Below, piece by piece: positions 1 to 10,967 of a DNA stretch of 64,000 nt (the first letter of the stretch is position 1; each line of letters starts with the position of its first letter). The DNA is from Gemmatimonadota bacterium (GTDB lineage Bacteria; Latescibacterota; UBA2968; UBA8231): the NCBI GenBank assembly GCA_038153405.1, contig JAYOYH010000003.1:66460-130459 (forward strand), given 5' to 3'. The notes beneath the pieces were generated by a model. That model searched no databases. It was not told the origin of the DNA and saw only the letters and a program-made list of their open reading frames with translations. The position numbers and the translations under genes are program-made.

Positions 1-153
1 ATTGGCCCTTACCGTATCAAATTCGGCGTTGCGCTTCTCGGTAGCCGCCATGCTTACCACACCGCATAAAGCTACGGCCAGCGCGACAAGCCCCATGCGC
101 TGTCGACGCGTCTGGCGCTCCAATTGTTCAAGTCGTTGTTCAATCGCTGTCAT
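1..153 (-). CDS. Partial hypothetical protein (N-terminal coiled coil + hydrophobic segment), truncated by window edge
   Basis: Own translation: ATG at 153 preceded by GAGG; MTAIEQRLEQLERQTRRQRMGLVALAVALCGVVSMAATEKRNAEFDTVRAN, open to position 1. Confidence 0.6.
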   Translation of the reverse strand, partial: MTAIEQRLEQLERQTRRQRMGLVALAVALCGVVSMAATEKRNAEFDTVRAN

Positions 154-188
154 GTGTTGACCTCTAATATTTCAGCTTGAAGCGCGCA

Positions 189-1082
189 TCACTTCAGGGA
201 TGCGGCAATCTCATTATATACTTCGGAAACGATGCGGGCACGAGCATCATTAACCCAATCAGCATCACTCCAATCGAAATTCGTCGACCGGAGTTGTGGA
301 GCCGTTATGCTAGTAAGCTGAGCGGTATACGGCTGGGACAGCGCCTTGGATATCTCGCCGGTAAAACTGTATACGGCAAGAATACTTCCGTCGGAAACGT
401 CGATTAGCTTTGCCTTGAATAGGAAAACGGGAGCGAGAAACTTGAAGCGGAATCGCTCCTGCGCTATTTGATACACTTCGGCACTGACTTCTGAAACCGA
501 ATTCTTCATATCGTTGTAGACGATATAGCGAGCGCCGCGCTCTGGACCTGGTGAATTGGTGATCGTCGGCCCTTGGGAGGTGAACATAAATGTGCCAATT
601 TGTAGCACTGCCCCCGCATTGCCCTGCTTACCCAAGACCAGTGCACGCTCTAGATCCGACAGGGGCGGAGCGGGCACCAGCGCGATAGCCCGAGCGCCCA
701 CTGCGGGACTGACCAGTGGAATCCCGCGGCGCATGAAGGCTTGCTCAATAGAGGTGAACTCGTCGTTAAACGCCTCGCCCGCTGTTCCAGAAGACGGCAA
801 GATCATGACCCTCCCCAAGGAACGCGTCCCTATCCTGGCCGAAAATACCGTCTCATCAGACAGGTGCTCCAAAGGATGGAGTACTAAATAGGGCGGCTTA
901 GGCTCAGCTTTGGGTATGGGCTGAGGGGGTGTGACCGCTTGCTCCGGTCTCGGCGCCGGTGGGGGGGGCGATGGGATAGGTTTTGATCCTGCGCATCCAA
1001 ACGACATAGACAGAATCCCTACATTTATCACTGCAGCGCCTACATACTTCATTGTTTGATTTATTAAGCCAAGTCGACGCAT
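189..1082 (-). CDS. Putative lipoprotein with Pro-rich linker, possibly CsgG/LpoB-like fold
   Basis: Lipobox-like SMSFGC, PSPPPPAPRP linker, C-terminal KAKLIDVSDGSILAV pattern reminiscent of CsgG/LpoB-like domains. Confidence 0.55.
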   Translation of the reverse strand: MRRLGLINQTMKYVGAAVINVGILSMSFGCAGSKPIPSPPPPAPRPEQAVTPPQPIPKAEPKPPYLVLHPLEHLSDETVFSARIGTRSLGRVMILPSSGTAGEAFNDEFTSIEQAFMRRGIPLVSPAVGARAIALVPAPPLSDLERALVLGKQGNAGAVLQIGTFMFTSQGPTITNSPGPERGARYIVYNDMKNSVSEVSAEVYQIAQERFRFKFLAPVFLFKAKLIDVSDGSILAVYSFTGEISKALSQPYTAQLTSITAPQLRSTNFDWSDADWVNDARARIVSEVYNEIAASLK

Positions 1083-1460
1083 AATACCCTCACAGTTTAG
1101 GTTAGCCTCTAGCTGATAGTGCCACCATTCATTTCGCTAAAACGCATCGCTCATTCATTGTAAATCAATTGCTTAATGGATACAAATTTTTTTACGATTA
1201 CCCTTAGCTGCATAATTGAGCCGAAAAATCCAATATATCAGTCACAGGTGCGTATTCTTTTGATCCTATTCATGTTGTTTGCCGCAGATATTCGATTTTC
1301 TTCTCTGATTTAGTAGATCAATATGAATGCAATGCCGACGAAATAACAGTGTGCCCATGGGACTATCAAATCATAAGGCGAACGCATTACGCCATATTTT
1401 CATTTGGGCAGGAAGTGCTGCAGTTTTTTATGGAGAGTAATCACGACTTGTAACATAACA

Positions 1461-1488
1461 GCGCCCATGCCGTGTGGGGACAGGGCGC
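1461..1488 (-). terminator. Probable intrinsic terminator of the K+ channel gene
   Basis: Minus strand GCGCCCTGTC-loop-GGCA(T)GGGCGC followed by TGTTATGTT, just after the stop at 1501. Confidence 0.45.
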
Positions 1489-1500
1489 GCTTAACAGCGG

Positions 1501-2301
1501 CTACTTTCGCGTGATCTCGTCGCCGCAGTGGGGGCAGTAAAACTTGCTACTGCTCTTGCGGCGCAGCGCCCCGACAAAGCCCGAACCAAGAATGCCCGCT
1601 GGGAGCGCAAACAGACCAATCCCCAGTAGAGAAATCAGCGCGCCGAGAAATTTGCCCAGCGGCGTAATCGGATATATGTCGCCATAACCTACCGTCGTGA
1701 GCGTTGCCACGCCCCACCACATGGCCGCCGGAATGCTGGAAAAGGCTTCGGGCTGGGCCTCCTGCTCAACGTGAAATATCATCGCCGAAGCAATAATCAG
1801 CAAAAAGACGATCCCCATAAACACCATGGTCAATTCGCTCTTTTTTAGTCTATAGACAGCGGTGAAGATGCGCAGCGATTCGGAATAGCGGAGCATCTTC
1901 AGCAAGCGCAAAAGTCGAAAGAGGCGCAGTAAGCGCAGTAAGCGCAGTTCGAAGGTGAACATTAGCGGCAGGTAAAAAGGCAAGATAGCCACTAGGTCGA
2001 TAAGGGCCATAGGCGTAACCAAATAGCGCAATCGGCCAATCAAACCGTGGGAAAACCGTTCGTACCCTGTGCATACCCAGAGTCGCAGGATATACTCCAG
2101 CGTAAAAACGGCAACGGAAAACACTTCGAATTGATAAAAGAAGACACCAAAGCGGGCGTTGAGTTCATTGACCGTTTCCAGCAGTACGAAAAGCACGTTG
2201 AGCACGATCAGTATTAACAAAAATAGATCGACGACTCTAGCTGTATAGCGGTCGTTCTCTTCCATCACTTCGAAGAGCATCTGTTTAATTCGGTTACTCA
2301 T
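1501..2301 (-). CDS. Voltage-gated potassium channel (6TM ion transporter)
   Basis: TTVGYGD selectivity filter, S4 helix RLLRLLRLFRLLRLLK, C-terminal CPHCG. Confidence 0.93.
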   Translation of the reverse strand: MSNRIKQMLFEVMEENDRYTARVVDLFLLILIVLNVLFVLLETVNELNARFGVFFYQFEVFSVAVFTLEYILRLWVCTGYERFSHGLIGRLRYLVTPMALIDLVAILPFYLPLMFTFELRLLRLLRLFRLLRLLKMLRYSESLRIFTAVYRLKKSELTMVFMGIVFLLIIASAMIFHVEQEAQPEAFSSIPAAMWWGVATLTTVGYGDIYPITPLGKFLGALISLLGIGLFALPAGILGSGFVGALRRKSSSKFYCPHCGDEITRK

Positions 2302-2319
2302 ATCGAACCCCGTCCCTGC

Positions 2320-2691
2320 TCAATCGTCCTTTTTTGCATCGGGCTCACAGTGCACTGCACCGATATCAATCTGGCCAAGTATCGGGACAATATGCCGCCG
2401 GAAATTTTCCAATGCCCAGCGCGCTGACTCCCGCTGAGCTGCACTCAGTTCCTCCGGCGAAGTGGCCTGCAGCAAAACGCTGTATTCAGCAGTTATTTTT
2501 TGGGGCTGCACCCGGTTAAGCGGCATGGCCGTATCGGTACTTCCCTTTTTTTCAGCCCATACTGTGAACGTATATCCGACAGGGTTCGAGCTTACGACTT
2601 CGCCATCTGCAGGCGACCGCTTTGCCATGACCAAACTGATTACCAAACTGAGCGCGACAATGCCAAGCAGCGCTAAGGTGAATTCCAACAC
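2320..2691 (-). CDS. Small membrane-anchored hypothetical protein
   Basis: GGAGGG RBS before GTG, N-terminal TM helix, stop 18 nt before the channel start. Confidence 0.6.
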   Translation of the reverse strand: MLEFTLALLGIVALSLVISLVMAKRSPADGEVVSSNPVGYTFTVWAEKKGSTDTAMPLNRVQPQKITAEYSVLLQATSPEELSAAQRESARWALENFRRHIVPILGQIDIGAVHCEPDAKKDD

Positions 2692-3052
2692 CGGCGACTT
2701 CCCTCCGATTCAACAGCTATTCATTTCAGCGCGTGTTCTAGTCGAAACATTACTCAGGTCCGCCTCTTCTGACCAACCCGACAGGAGGATCATTGGGTAA
2801 AATCGAACGGATGAGCGATGTCGACAAAATACCGACAAAGGATTGAATTGGTAGGCTAATACGGCGAAGAAATCGAATAAACAAAATCGGCTGCTGTAAC
2901 CCATCCCCACTAACAGCGATCGGGTCAGGGTAGGCGTTGTATTTAAACCACATACCAATCCAGAACATTCCGATAGTAATGTAATCGTTCAATTCGAGAC
3001 CCGCTAAAGACCACCGCAGACACACTGCACGCTTCAGAACGGCGTTCGCAGC

Positions 3053-5137
3053 CTATTTATCCACTTTAGTAACGCTATGGGCGGGGGCTTGGGGGGATGC
3101 CGAACTTTTAACCCGTCCATGGCCATCGGAGTCCCCGCTTCTATTCGACATTTTGAAACTGGCTACCATCTGCTGCAGTTCGCCCGCTTGGCCGGTCATC
3201 TCCTCGGCAGTAGCGGCCGCTTCCTCGGAGGTAACGGCATTCTGCTGCGTCACTTGGTTCATTTGTTCAACGCTGGTGCTTATCTGCCGAATCCCTTCGC
3301 TCTGCTCTTTGGATGCTGAGGCGATTTCCGACGTCGAGTTATTGACTTTCTGCACCTGTGTGCTGACTTCTTCGAGGCGAGCTAGAACTTCTTTATTGAG
3401 ATTGACGCCATCCGTGCTGTTTTCGACCGACTCGGTGATAAGCACCGATGTCTCGCGTGCCGCCTCAGCCGAACGCTTCGCCAGATTGCGCACCTCCTCG
3501 GCTACGACGGCAAAGCCTTTGCCCGCCTCACCAGCGCGCGCAGCTTCCACCGCTGCATTCAGAGCCAATAGGTTGGTTTGAAAGGCAATTTCGTCAATAT
3601 TCTTAACGATCTTAGCCGTCTCATCCGACGAATTTTTGATCTTATAAATGGCATCCGATAGGCGCTGCATGGACTCTACGCTCTGCCGCGTGGAAGTCCG
3701 CATCCCTTCGGACATTGCCGAGGCCGACTCAGCGTTTTCGACGTTCTGCTGAGACATCGAACCAATTTGATTGAGAGCGGCAACTACCTCCTCAATTGAG
3801 GCCGCCTGAGTAGACGCCCCTTTGGCCAAACTCTGGCTGCCGCTGGCCACTTGTCCAGCCGCCGCCTCAATCTGATTGGATGCCGATGCCACCTGAGAAA
3901 AGCTGTCTTCCAAATTGCGAACAGCCAGATTAAAGGCATCCTTAATGCGCGCATGGTCACCGCGATAGTGGCCCTCCATGCGCTGGCGTAGGTCGCGCTG
4001 AGCCAACTGTTCCAATGCTCGAGTTCCCTCCTCAACCGGAGCCAGGATTTGATCGAGCATGTGGTTAGTCCCCTCTATCAGCTGGGCATATCCCCCTTCA
4101 AAGCGGGAGGTGTCTCCGCGCTTTTGCATATTGCCTTCGCGCGCCGCATCGATGAGGCCCTGCGTTTCGGCGACCAATCCCTTGAGAGCCACGGTCGCGC
4201 TCTGGACGCTCTTTGCCAGTACATCACGTTCAGATCGAGCAGTGACCTGGACTTCGAGATCTCCTTTACTTAGACGCGTGGCGGCCTTAGCCATATCGCT
4301 GATGTATTCGATGAGGCCGCGAAACGCATCGGCGAGTTGTCCCGTCTCATCGCCGCTCTGGTGCTCTATCCGCTGCTCGATATCGCCCTCAGCCAACTTG
4401 GTGGCCACGCGCGAGATATCCGTTAGGGGTGTAGTAAATCTATTCGTCACATAGGCAATTAGGCCCACGACCATAGCAATGCCCATCGCTAGAGAGAAAG
4501 CAATTTTACTGGCGCTTGCCTGAGCATTGGCCTCGGCTTCGGCTAAAGGAATTATCAATTCGATTCCCCCGCGCACATCACCCAACTTCCAATTGTCTCT
4601 AGGCGTTTGCGGATGGCTATTGTGGCAGTCGACGCAAGCCTGAGCGACCATCAAATCTGCTGTGACATAGCGCAGCGAAAGCTTGCCTTCGTAATCTTCC
4701 TCGCGCCAATAGGGTTGATCGGGCTGCACTTCGAGAGCCGCCAGTGCATCGGTTTCAAATTGGTCGCGTGGACCACCATCGGTGCGCCAAGGGAAGGGAT
4801 AATCGCTGTAAAGACGAATCACATACCCTTCTTTCTCGGTTAGAATTGACATCAACTCGTGCACCATCGTCGCCGGCAGCGGGATAGATCCGTCATATCG
4901 GTCGTAGTCGTGTATTACGTCGATGCCTTTTTGCTTGACCCGTGCAACCACCTTAGAGGTGTAGTATCCCCTCAACTCGCGCACTTGACCGGCGAGTGAT
5001 TCTGCCATTACACGGGTCGTCCTTACAGTCTCTTCCCCTGCGAGATGCTCGATATACCATGCGCTGAATAGGACGACAATTACTCCGGCACACAAAACGG
5101 GAATTATGATCTTTGACCTAATGCTCATACTCTTCAT
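3053..5137 (-). CDS. Methyl-accepting chemotaxis protein with periplasmic DUF3365/Tll0287-like c-type heme sensor
   Basis: Two TMs, CVDCH heme motif, HAMP repeats, MCP hairpin [34 protein letters not shown]. Confidence 0.93.
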   Translation of the reverse strand: MKSMSIRSKIIIPVLCAGVIVVLFSAWYIEHLAGEETVRTTRVMAESLAGQVRELRGYYTSKVVARVKQKGIDVIHDYDRYDGSIPLPATMVHELMSILTEKEGYVIRLYSDYPFPWRTDGGPRDQFETDALAALEVQPDQPYWREEDYEGKLSLRYVTADLMVAQACVDCHNSHPQTPRDNWKLGDVRGGIELIIPLAEAEANAQASASKIAFSLAMGIAMVVGLIAYVTNRFTTPLTDISRVATKLAEGDIEQRIEHQSGDETGQLADAFRGLIEYISDMAKAATRLSKGDLEVQVTARSERDVLAKSVQSATVALKGLVAETQGLIDAAREGNMQKRGDTSRFEGGYAQLIEGTNHMLDQILAPVEEGTRALEQLAQRDLRQRMEGHYRGDHARIKDAFNLAVRNLEDSFSQVASASNQIEAAAGQVASGSQSLAKGASTQAASIEEVVAALNQIGSMSQQNVENAESASAMSEGMRTSTRQSVESMQRLSDAIYKIKNSSDETAKIVKNIDEIAFQTNLLALNAAVEAARAGEAGKGFAVVAEEVRNLAKRSAEAARETSVLITESVENSTDGVNLNKEVLARLEEVSTQVQKVNNSTSEIASASKEQSEGIRQISTSVEQMNQVTQQNAVTSEEAAATAEEMTGQAGELQQMVASFKMSNRSGDSDGHGRVKSSASPQAPAHSVTKVDK

Positions 5138-5461
5138 TGGACCGCTCCAAGTTTCACTACACCATTTTAGCCAGCAATGAGCATTTCATCTTCAGCACAC
5201 CATTGTATTTTTTGTCGACCAACGTTTAAAACAGTTGCTATTATTTTATTCAGAAAGAAACAAACTCCTTCTACACAGCACTATAAACTAAAAAAAGATA
5301 ATTACCAAATTTAAAATCGAGATGGCTTATTGTTGTAAACAGGGTTGAGACAGCCGCATATACGCGCGGAAGACGCAGAGCAATTGGGCTGTACTCGTTG
5401 AGTGAGGATATTAAAAAGAGGATGAAAGGACTGCAGCGCCTTGGCAGGACATTTAGTTCAC

Positions 5462-6418
5462 CTACTTCCAACTATACACTACGACCCCACCCACTCGCGC
5501 TATTTCGACCCGACCGTACTGTATTAAACGCTCTAAATGACCCATCAGCGGAAAACACAAATACGCCGATGCCTCGGTTGGCCATTGACCTAAGGAAGGT
5601 CCCAGCGTCTCGCAGAGCTGACGCAGTGAATGCCCTCCACCTGCCTGCAATAGAGTCACGAGCGCCAGGTCTACGCGCTCTACATAGGCGCGACTTTCAC
5701 CCAGAAACTCGGCGACACTTCCTCCGCGGCATATGGAATAATGACTGGTCAATAGCGCTTCTGCTCCCTGTGCGGCCAATCGCTGGAGCGACCCCATATA
5801 GGTGTCGACGTAGCGATAGGTAGGGGGAAACGCCGGTGCACCTAGCGCAGTGGGCACGGCGTTGTGGAGTGCGGCGTCGGCGATGACCAGCGCATTACTC
5901 GTCGCGTCGCGCAGGCTCAAATGCCCATAGGTATGTCCAGGCGTATGCCAGACCTCGACGTCCCAGCCACCACCCAGGTGCAGTACTTCTCCCCCCTGTA
6001 GGGCAATGTCGATGGGGATGTGGCGCGATGCATTGCGGATAAATTCTTTCGTCCCCTCACCGTCGCCCATGCCGTGGTCTCGCTCGAATTCAGCATAACG
6101 CAGATTAATCATTACTTCGATATCTTCGACCATATGCCGATCTAGCGCATGGCACATAAATACCGCCTGGGGGCACAACTCGCGCACCGAAGCATTGCCG
6201 GCAGTGTGATCAAAATCAGCGTGCGAGTTGATGACGTAGCGAATTTTTTCGGTCTTTAGGCCGATGGCGTCTAGGTAAGGCAGCAGATGCTGGCCCGGCA
6301 TCTCGTCGAGTCCGGTATCGAGCAGCAGCGCACTGTCATTGCCCACGAGCAAATACATGCAGACAAAACGGTCACCCAACGGCGCCTCAATGCGGTGTAT
6401 ACGCGGTGCAACTTCCAT
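5462..6418 (-). CDS. MBL-fold metallo-hydrolase
   Basis: LLDTG, SHADFDH, TPGHTYGH, TSH motifs; start moved to ATG 6418 behind GGGGGAG. Confidence 0.85.
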   Translation of the reverse strand: MEVAPRIHRIEAPLGDRFVCMYLLVGNDSALLLDTGLDEMPGQHLLPYLDAIGLKTEKIRYVINSHADFDHTAGNASVRELCPQAVFMCHALDRHMVEDIEVMINLRYAEFERDHGMGDGEGTKEFIRNASRHIPIDIALQGGEVLHLGGGWDVEVWHTPGHTYGHLSLRDATSNALVIADAALHNAVPTALGAPAFPPTYRYVDTYMGSLQRLAAQGAEALLTSHYSICRGGSVAEFLGESRAYVERVDLALVTLLQAGGGHSLRQLCETLGPSLGQWPTEASAYLCFPLMGHLERLIQYGRVEIARVGGVVVYSWK

Positions 6419-6513
6419 CGTGTCACTCCCCCTGGCTTTGCCCATCGCCTAGTAGTGGCGGGCAATTTATGGTTTCCACTATCGCGTTAAGGTTCGGCTA
6501 TAAAACCACACAT

Positions 6514-7368
6514 CTACCCGGCCAAGGCTCCTTCTCTCGACTTGGCCTGTAGTTCGTATAGAGAAGCGGTCTGCTCCTTGTACTGAGGAATGGGAAATGC
6601 TTCTCGGTCAAAGCGAGCCGCCGTGGCCCACTGGCCGCGCACTAGCCGCACAAAGGTTTCGTTCTTGGGCGTCATCGGCCCGCAGTAAATCGGGAATGCA
6701 TCGGCTGCGCGATAGCTAAGGATCAGCGTCCGGCGTGGACGCGATGATGTATTCGGAGCCGATGCATGGGGCGTCATACCGTGCATAAAGATGGCCGTAC
6801 CAGAGGGCCCCGTGGCCAGTTGCGCAGCGGAAAAATCGATCTCATCTACCATGCGCCCCTGAAAAAACCCCTGTAGGCTATGCCCCAATAGCGGATCCCG
6901 GTGGCGCCCCGGCAAGAGTTGCAAGGCCCCATTTTCAGCGATGGTATCATCGAGGTAAAAAAGCACGGCGAGGGAATCGGTATTAGTGAGTGGATAGTAG
7001 GATAAGTCCTGGTGCCATTCGACCACCGAGCCCACCGCGGCCGGCTTCATATTGAGCTTGGAATAGTGAAATAATAGATCCGGGCCAAACAGCTGTTCGA
7101 TGGCATCGAGTAGAGGCGCTTTTTCCGATAACTGGCGAAAGACATCGTAATGCGAACACGGTTCGTACAGGCGGCGCACTGCCGTCCCTTGTGGGGCCTG
7201 GTTTGGCTCCATCTCCATGCGCTCGGCATCGTGCTCGGCCAGGGTCTGTCCGGCCGTGACTCGAGCGGTTTCGGCCAGCAGCGCGTCGACCTCATCGGCG
7301 CCGAGAAAACGGGGGCATACGGTATAACCCTGGGAGAAAAATTCTTCGACCTGCTGGGGCGTGAGCAT
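6514..7368 (-). CDS. Phytanoyl-CoA dioxygenase (PhyH) family Fe(II)/2OG oxygenase
   Basis: WHQD...H(AS)...R facial triad, ENGALQLLPG motif. Confidence 0.9.
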   Translation of the reverse strand: MLTPQQVEEFFSQGYTVCPRFLGADEVDALLAETARVTAGQTLAEHDAERMEMEPNQAPQGTAVRRLYEPCSHYDVFRQLSEKAPLLDAIEQLFGPDLLFHYSKLNMKPAAVGSVVEWHQDLSYYPLTNTDSLAVLFYLDDTIAENGALQLLPGRHRDPLLGHSLQGFFQGRMVDEIDFSAAQLATGPSGTAIFMHGMTPHASAPNTSSRPRRTLILSYRAADAFPIYCGPMTPKNETFVRLVRGQWATAARFDREAFPIPQYKEQTASLYELQAKSREGALAG

Positions 7369-7378
7369 AGCGGTCTCC

Positions 7379-8149
7379 TCAATCGGTGCGGCACAAGAGG
7401 CCGCCGTCTACCACCAGCGATGTGCCGGTTACAAACGACGCCTCTTCGGAAGCCAAGTAGAGTACGGCATTGGCGATATCGCGGCCATTGCCCAAGCGTT
7501 TGGCCGGAACCAGATTCGCATAGCGCTTGCGTTCCTTCTGCGGCACCTGGAGATTGTCCCACAGCGGCGTCAGGATGGCACCGGGCAGCACGGCATTCAC
7601 GCGAATGTCGGGGCCGTAGTCCAATGCCAACGTGCGCGTCAATCCCAACAGACCTGCCTTAGCTGCATCGTAGGCAGTACAGGTGGCAAAGCTAACCAAG
7701 GAGTGGACCGATGCCGTGTTGACGATGGCACCTCCGCCACTTTCGCGCATGATCGGTATGCCATACTTAGCAGCGACAAAGACGGCCTTCAGACCGGCGT
7801 TGAGCGTCTTGTCCCAGTCCTTCTCATCGAGCTCGGTTGCCGAACCATGGCGGAACCAAATGGCGTTGTTGTGCAAAATGTCGAGTCGGCCAAACGCGGC
7901 AACCGTGCGCTCGATCATGCGCCGGATATGCGCCGTTTTAGTCACATCGGTGTGGACGAAAAGCGCCCGGCCCCCGCTTGCTTTAATCGCGCTGACTACG
8001 CGCCGGCCATTGTCGCGATCGATATCGGCAACGCATACGGCAGCGCCCTCTTCGGCCAAACGAACCGCGGTATCTTCGCCAATACCGGAAGCCGCGCCGG
8101 TGACAATGGCGACCTTGCCTTCGACCCGGCCCAATTTTGAATTTGCCAT
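7379..8149 (-). CDS. SDR family NAD(P)-dependent oxidoreductase
   Basis: TGAASGIG, NNA, YDAAK, VDGG; AGGAGGG RBS. Confidence 0.93.
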   Translation of the reverse strand: MANSKLGRVEGKVAIVTGAASGIGEDTAVRLAEEGAAVCVADIDRDNGRRVVSAIKASGGRALFVHTDVTKTAHIRRMIERTVAAFGRLDILHNNAIWFRHGSATELDEKDWDKTLNAGLKAVFVAAKYGIPIMRESGGGAIVNTASVHSLVSFATCTAYDAAKAGLLGLTRTLALDYGPDIRVNAVLPGAILTPLWDNLQVPQKERKRYANLVPAKRLGNGRDIANAVLYLASEEASFVTGTSLVVDGGLLCRTD

Positions 8150-8435
8150 TTTACCCTCCTAGCTCGGGATTATACGTTGCTCTCCACTGCATAATACGAC
8201 GATGAGTATCCGCTGCAAAACCACATTATCCGATTCTACGCTAACGTCGCGTTCCATGCCCCTATACACTTCAGACCTTATCTCGTTTAATTGCGCAAAA
8301 GTCTCACGCACTGTTTCGTGCCCCCAACAGAAATAAGATAATGCTTAGACCGCTGTCGATTAGGTTGAAACACAACAGCGAGTGCAAAGAAAGGAACACG
8401 CCATAAACTAATTTTTGCCCCAAAGTCATTTAGGT

Positions 8436-10889
8436 TCAGGCATATGGGTAGTAGTGTGACCGTTGGACTCGCTCACGTCGCCAGAAATACCCCCCTAGCA
8501 CGACCGTAAAAGCGACCATTCCAAGCAGCGTTCGGCGCAGCGGAGATAGCCTGGGAATAAGTTCAATCTCGCTCTCTCCTCCATCAATTTGCAGTGCGAT
8601 AAATCCCCCTGCCGTTTCCCATGGCTCAACTTTTCTTCCGTTTACTCGCACTTCCAAGAAGGGATAGTAGGCATAAGCGAGACGCACGAAGCACGTTGAT
8701 GATGTTTGAAGGCGCAAAAATACATATTGATTTTTTTCTCGGTGTTCCAACACGGAGACTCTCGGCACACCAGACAGGCTGATATCTTCCGGTAGGCCTC
8801 GCACATAGATTGCGCGGCAGGTATTTTCTGTGGGATGCACACCTGTTCCACTGGTGATGAATAACGCATCGAATGAATCAGCGACTGGATATCCTGAAAT
8901 ACCTTCGGGAAAATACCTGGCAATCAGTTGGTCTAACTGTCCATTTTCTCTGATTGCCTTCAGCTTTTCTTCCGGGTATCTAATCAACTCCACAGATGCA
9001 AGCACTGGTGTATGAGGCCATATTTCATACTGTTTTAACATTTCGCTTTCTATGTCAATCCCAATCACATATAGGATATTTTGCAACCGCGCGCCGTCCT
9101 TAAAATACTGGAACAGTGGGTTGGATTCATCCCGCCTATCAACCATATCCGTCACGGCTTTTGACCAAGGAGCGAAAAATCGATCCTGCACGCGCGGAGA
9201 CTCCGTATAAATAGCGCCCATTGTTGGTAAACCCGTCTGGGTGTAAAACCATGATAGGGCTATGAATGGATGCATATTAGCCGTCGTAGGAAATAAACGT
9301 CCCTCAGTCAACAGTTGGCCATCTTCAGCTACCAGACCCAATTCTTTCACCGAAGGATATATGGACAATGACGCGCTGCGCATTGCGTAGGGATGCTGAA
9401 AAGTCGCTGGCAACAGGTCCATCCCGACTAGCAGCATAGGCAATAGACTTAAAGGCATGGCACTACGCCGCCATAGATGGGCACCCCAGCCAGCGGCCAG
9501 CGATAAGAAGAAAATGAAAAACAGCAGATAGCGCCCCGCATTGAAGCTCGAGGCGAACGGAATCTGCTGAACGAGTAGGCTGCGGTAGGCAAAAACCAAA
9601 CTCCACGCCACAAAACCGCATACCAGAATAGCCCCCAAAGACCGCGATCGACTACGCCACCAGCCAACTACGGCGACAAGGGCTAGAATGCATAGGGAGA
9701 GCCCTATATAACCGCCGTACCAATGATGATTTACGCCCATTAATTCAGAGAGTCTAATGCGGAAGTTAGACCACACCAGCACGTGCTCCCACGTCGGATC
9801 TGGGACTCCATCTAACGATACGCCCCCTGACAATCCTGTATACTCTTTCTCGACATGCATAGGTAGCGTTAAATAACTGCCGACCAAAAGTCCATATGCC
9901 AGTAATATCACACCCCAGAAAAACCACTTTTGCTGGCGTTTACCCTTCCACCACCCGCTCCGCACGGCCACATACACACCCGTAAAAAGGGCGGCCCAAT
10001 ATCCATACCCCGGGTGAGTAAATGCAATGGCGGCCAGAGCCAAACCGCCGAAGAAGGCGGATTCTACCTGCCGGCGCATAAGGCGCGCACGTTCAAAAAA
10101 GAGCAACGGCAAGGGCAATAGCGCATAGACAATCGATAAGGGGTAGCGCCCCATAGACATTACTTGCTGCATATGCCAAACGGACAGGACATAGGCCCAA
10201 CCAGCCAAGCAGGCTTCGCCGCGCCGCAATCCTTGCATCCGGGCAACGCCGTAGACCGATAGGCCCGATAGCGCATGCATGCTACCCATGACGACTTTTA
10301 GAGAATTGTGGATATCCCCGAAAAGTTGGTCGACAAGCCCAACCACTATAAAAAACAAAAAACCGTAAAACTGGCCGTAGGGAGAACCGGCGCTGAAGGA
10401 ATTGGTCCATATTGGCCACTCGCCCGATGCCAGCGATTTTGAAGCGACCACTGCGTAGGCTAGGTGTTCAGAGGAGTCTCCAGCCCACGACATCTGCCCG
10501 AAGGCAAAGTAATAGCGCACGAAGACGAGGTTGACAAACAGCATACTCCACAGTGCGCGCCGCTCGTTCGACAGCAGGATCTCCACCAAGCGCCCCAAGC
10601 TATCGCGCCGAATCTGGCACCAGAGCAGATAAAGTCCGCTGGCCAACATCAACACGGCAATCAGACCGTCGATGCCATCGAATGACACGGACTCACTGAC
10701 GCGGTCGGCAAATTCCTCAATCGTTAAGAATCCAGCTCCAGGGGGTAGTGCGGCGAACTTGTCGAGGGTAATGAATTGGTTGAGGGCGAGGGCCATAACG
10801 AGAAGAGCTATACCCGCCACAGCATCCCACGGTTTGCAGCCCTTCACGGACAGCGGATTCGGTAAAGGGCTATTGGTTGCTCGTCCCAT
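8436..10889 (-). CDS. Polytopic membrane protein, YfhO/PTPS-related GT-C-like glycosyltransferase family
   Basis: About 13 TM segments, GD..EH...WPIW...AGSPYGQFY first loop, AYAYYPFLEVRVNG motif before the last TM. Confidence 0.7.
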   Translation of the reverse strand: MGRATNSPLPNPLSVKGCKPWDAVAGIALLVMALALNQFITLDKFAALPPGAGFLTIEEFADRVSESVSFDGIDGLIAVLMLASGLYLLWCQIRRDSLGRLVEILLSNERRALWSMLFVNLVFVRYYFAFGQMSWAGDSSEHLAYAVVASKSLASGEWPIWTNSFSAGSPYGQFYGFLFFIVVGLVDQLFGDIHNSLKVVMGSMHALSGLSVYGVARMQGLRRGEACLAGWAYVLSVWHMQQVMSMGRYPLSIVYALLPLPLLFFERARLMRRQVESAFFGGLALAAIAFTHPGYGYWAALFTGVYVAVRSGWWKGKRQQKWFFWGVILLAYGLLVGSYLTLPMHVEKEYTGLSGGVSLDGVPDPTWEHVLVWSNFRIRLSELMGVNHHWYGGYIGLSLCILALVAVVGWWRSRSRSLGAILVCGFVAWSLVFAYRSLLVQQIPFASSFNAGRYLLFFIFFLSLAAGWGAHLWRRSAMPLSLLPMLLVGMDLLPATFQHPYAMRSASLSIYPSVKELGLVAEDGQLLTEGRLFPTTANMHPFIALSWFYTQTGLPTMGAIYTESPRVQDRFFAPWSKAVTDMVDRRDESNPLFQYFKDGARLQNILYVIGIDIESEMLKQYEIWPHTPVLASVELIRYPEEKLKAIRENGQLDQLIARYFPEGISGYPVADSFDALFITSGTGVHPTENTCRAIYVRGLPEDISLSGVPRVSVLEHREKNQYVFLRLQTSSTCFVRLAYAYYPFLEVRVNGRKVEPWETAGGFIALQIDGGESEIELIPRLSPLRRTLLGMVAFTVVLGGYFWRRERVQRSHYYPYA

Positions 10890-10967
10890 CCTTTTATCTT
10901 AGTTTACGACTGCGAAACAGTGCAATCTTAATTTTTCCGCTCTAATCCGATTAGTGTCTTAGACAAC

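Noticed and set aside
1924..1948. 9-nt tandem repeat GCGCAGTAA x ~3
   Set aside because: Encodes the RLL repeats of the channel S4 helix
2692..3052. 360-nt intergenic region with short ORFs, possible sRNA
   Set aside because: No convincing RBS, fold or known RNA motif found by eye; an Rfam scan would be needed
5205..5240. Possible sigma28 promoter for the MCP (GTCGACAA)
   Set aside because: No TAAA -35 at the right spacing
7361..8140. 259-aa ORF antisense to the SDR
   Set aside because: Typical mirror ORF of an SDR gene; no independent support
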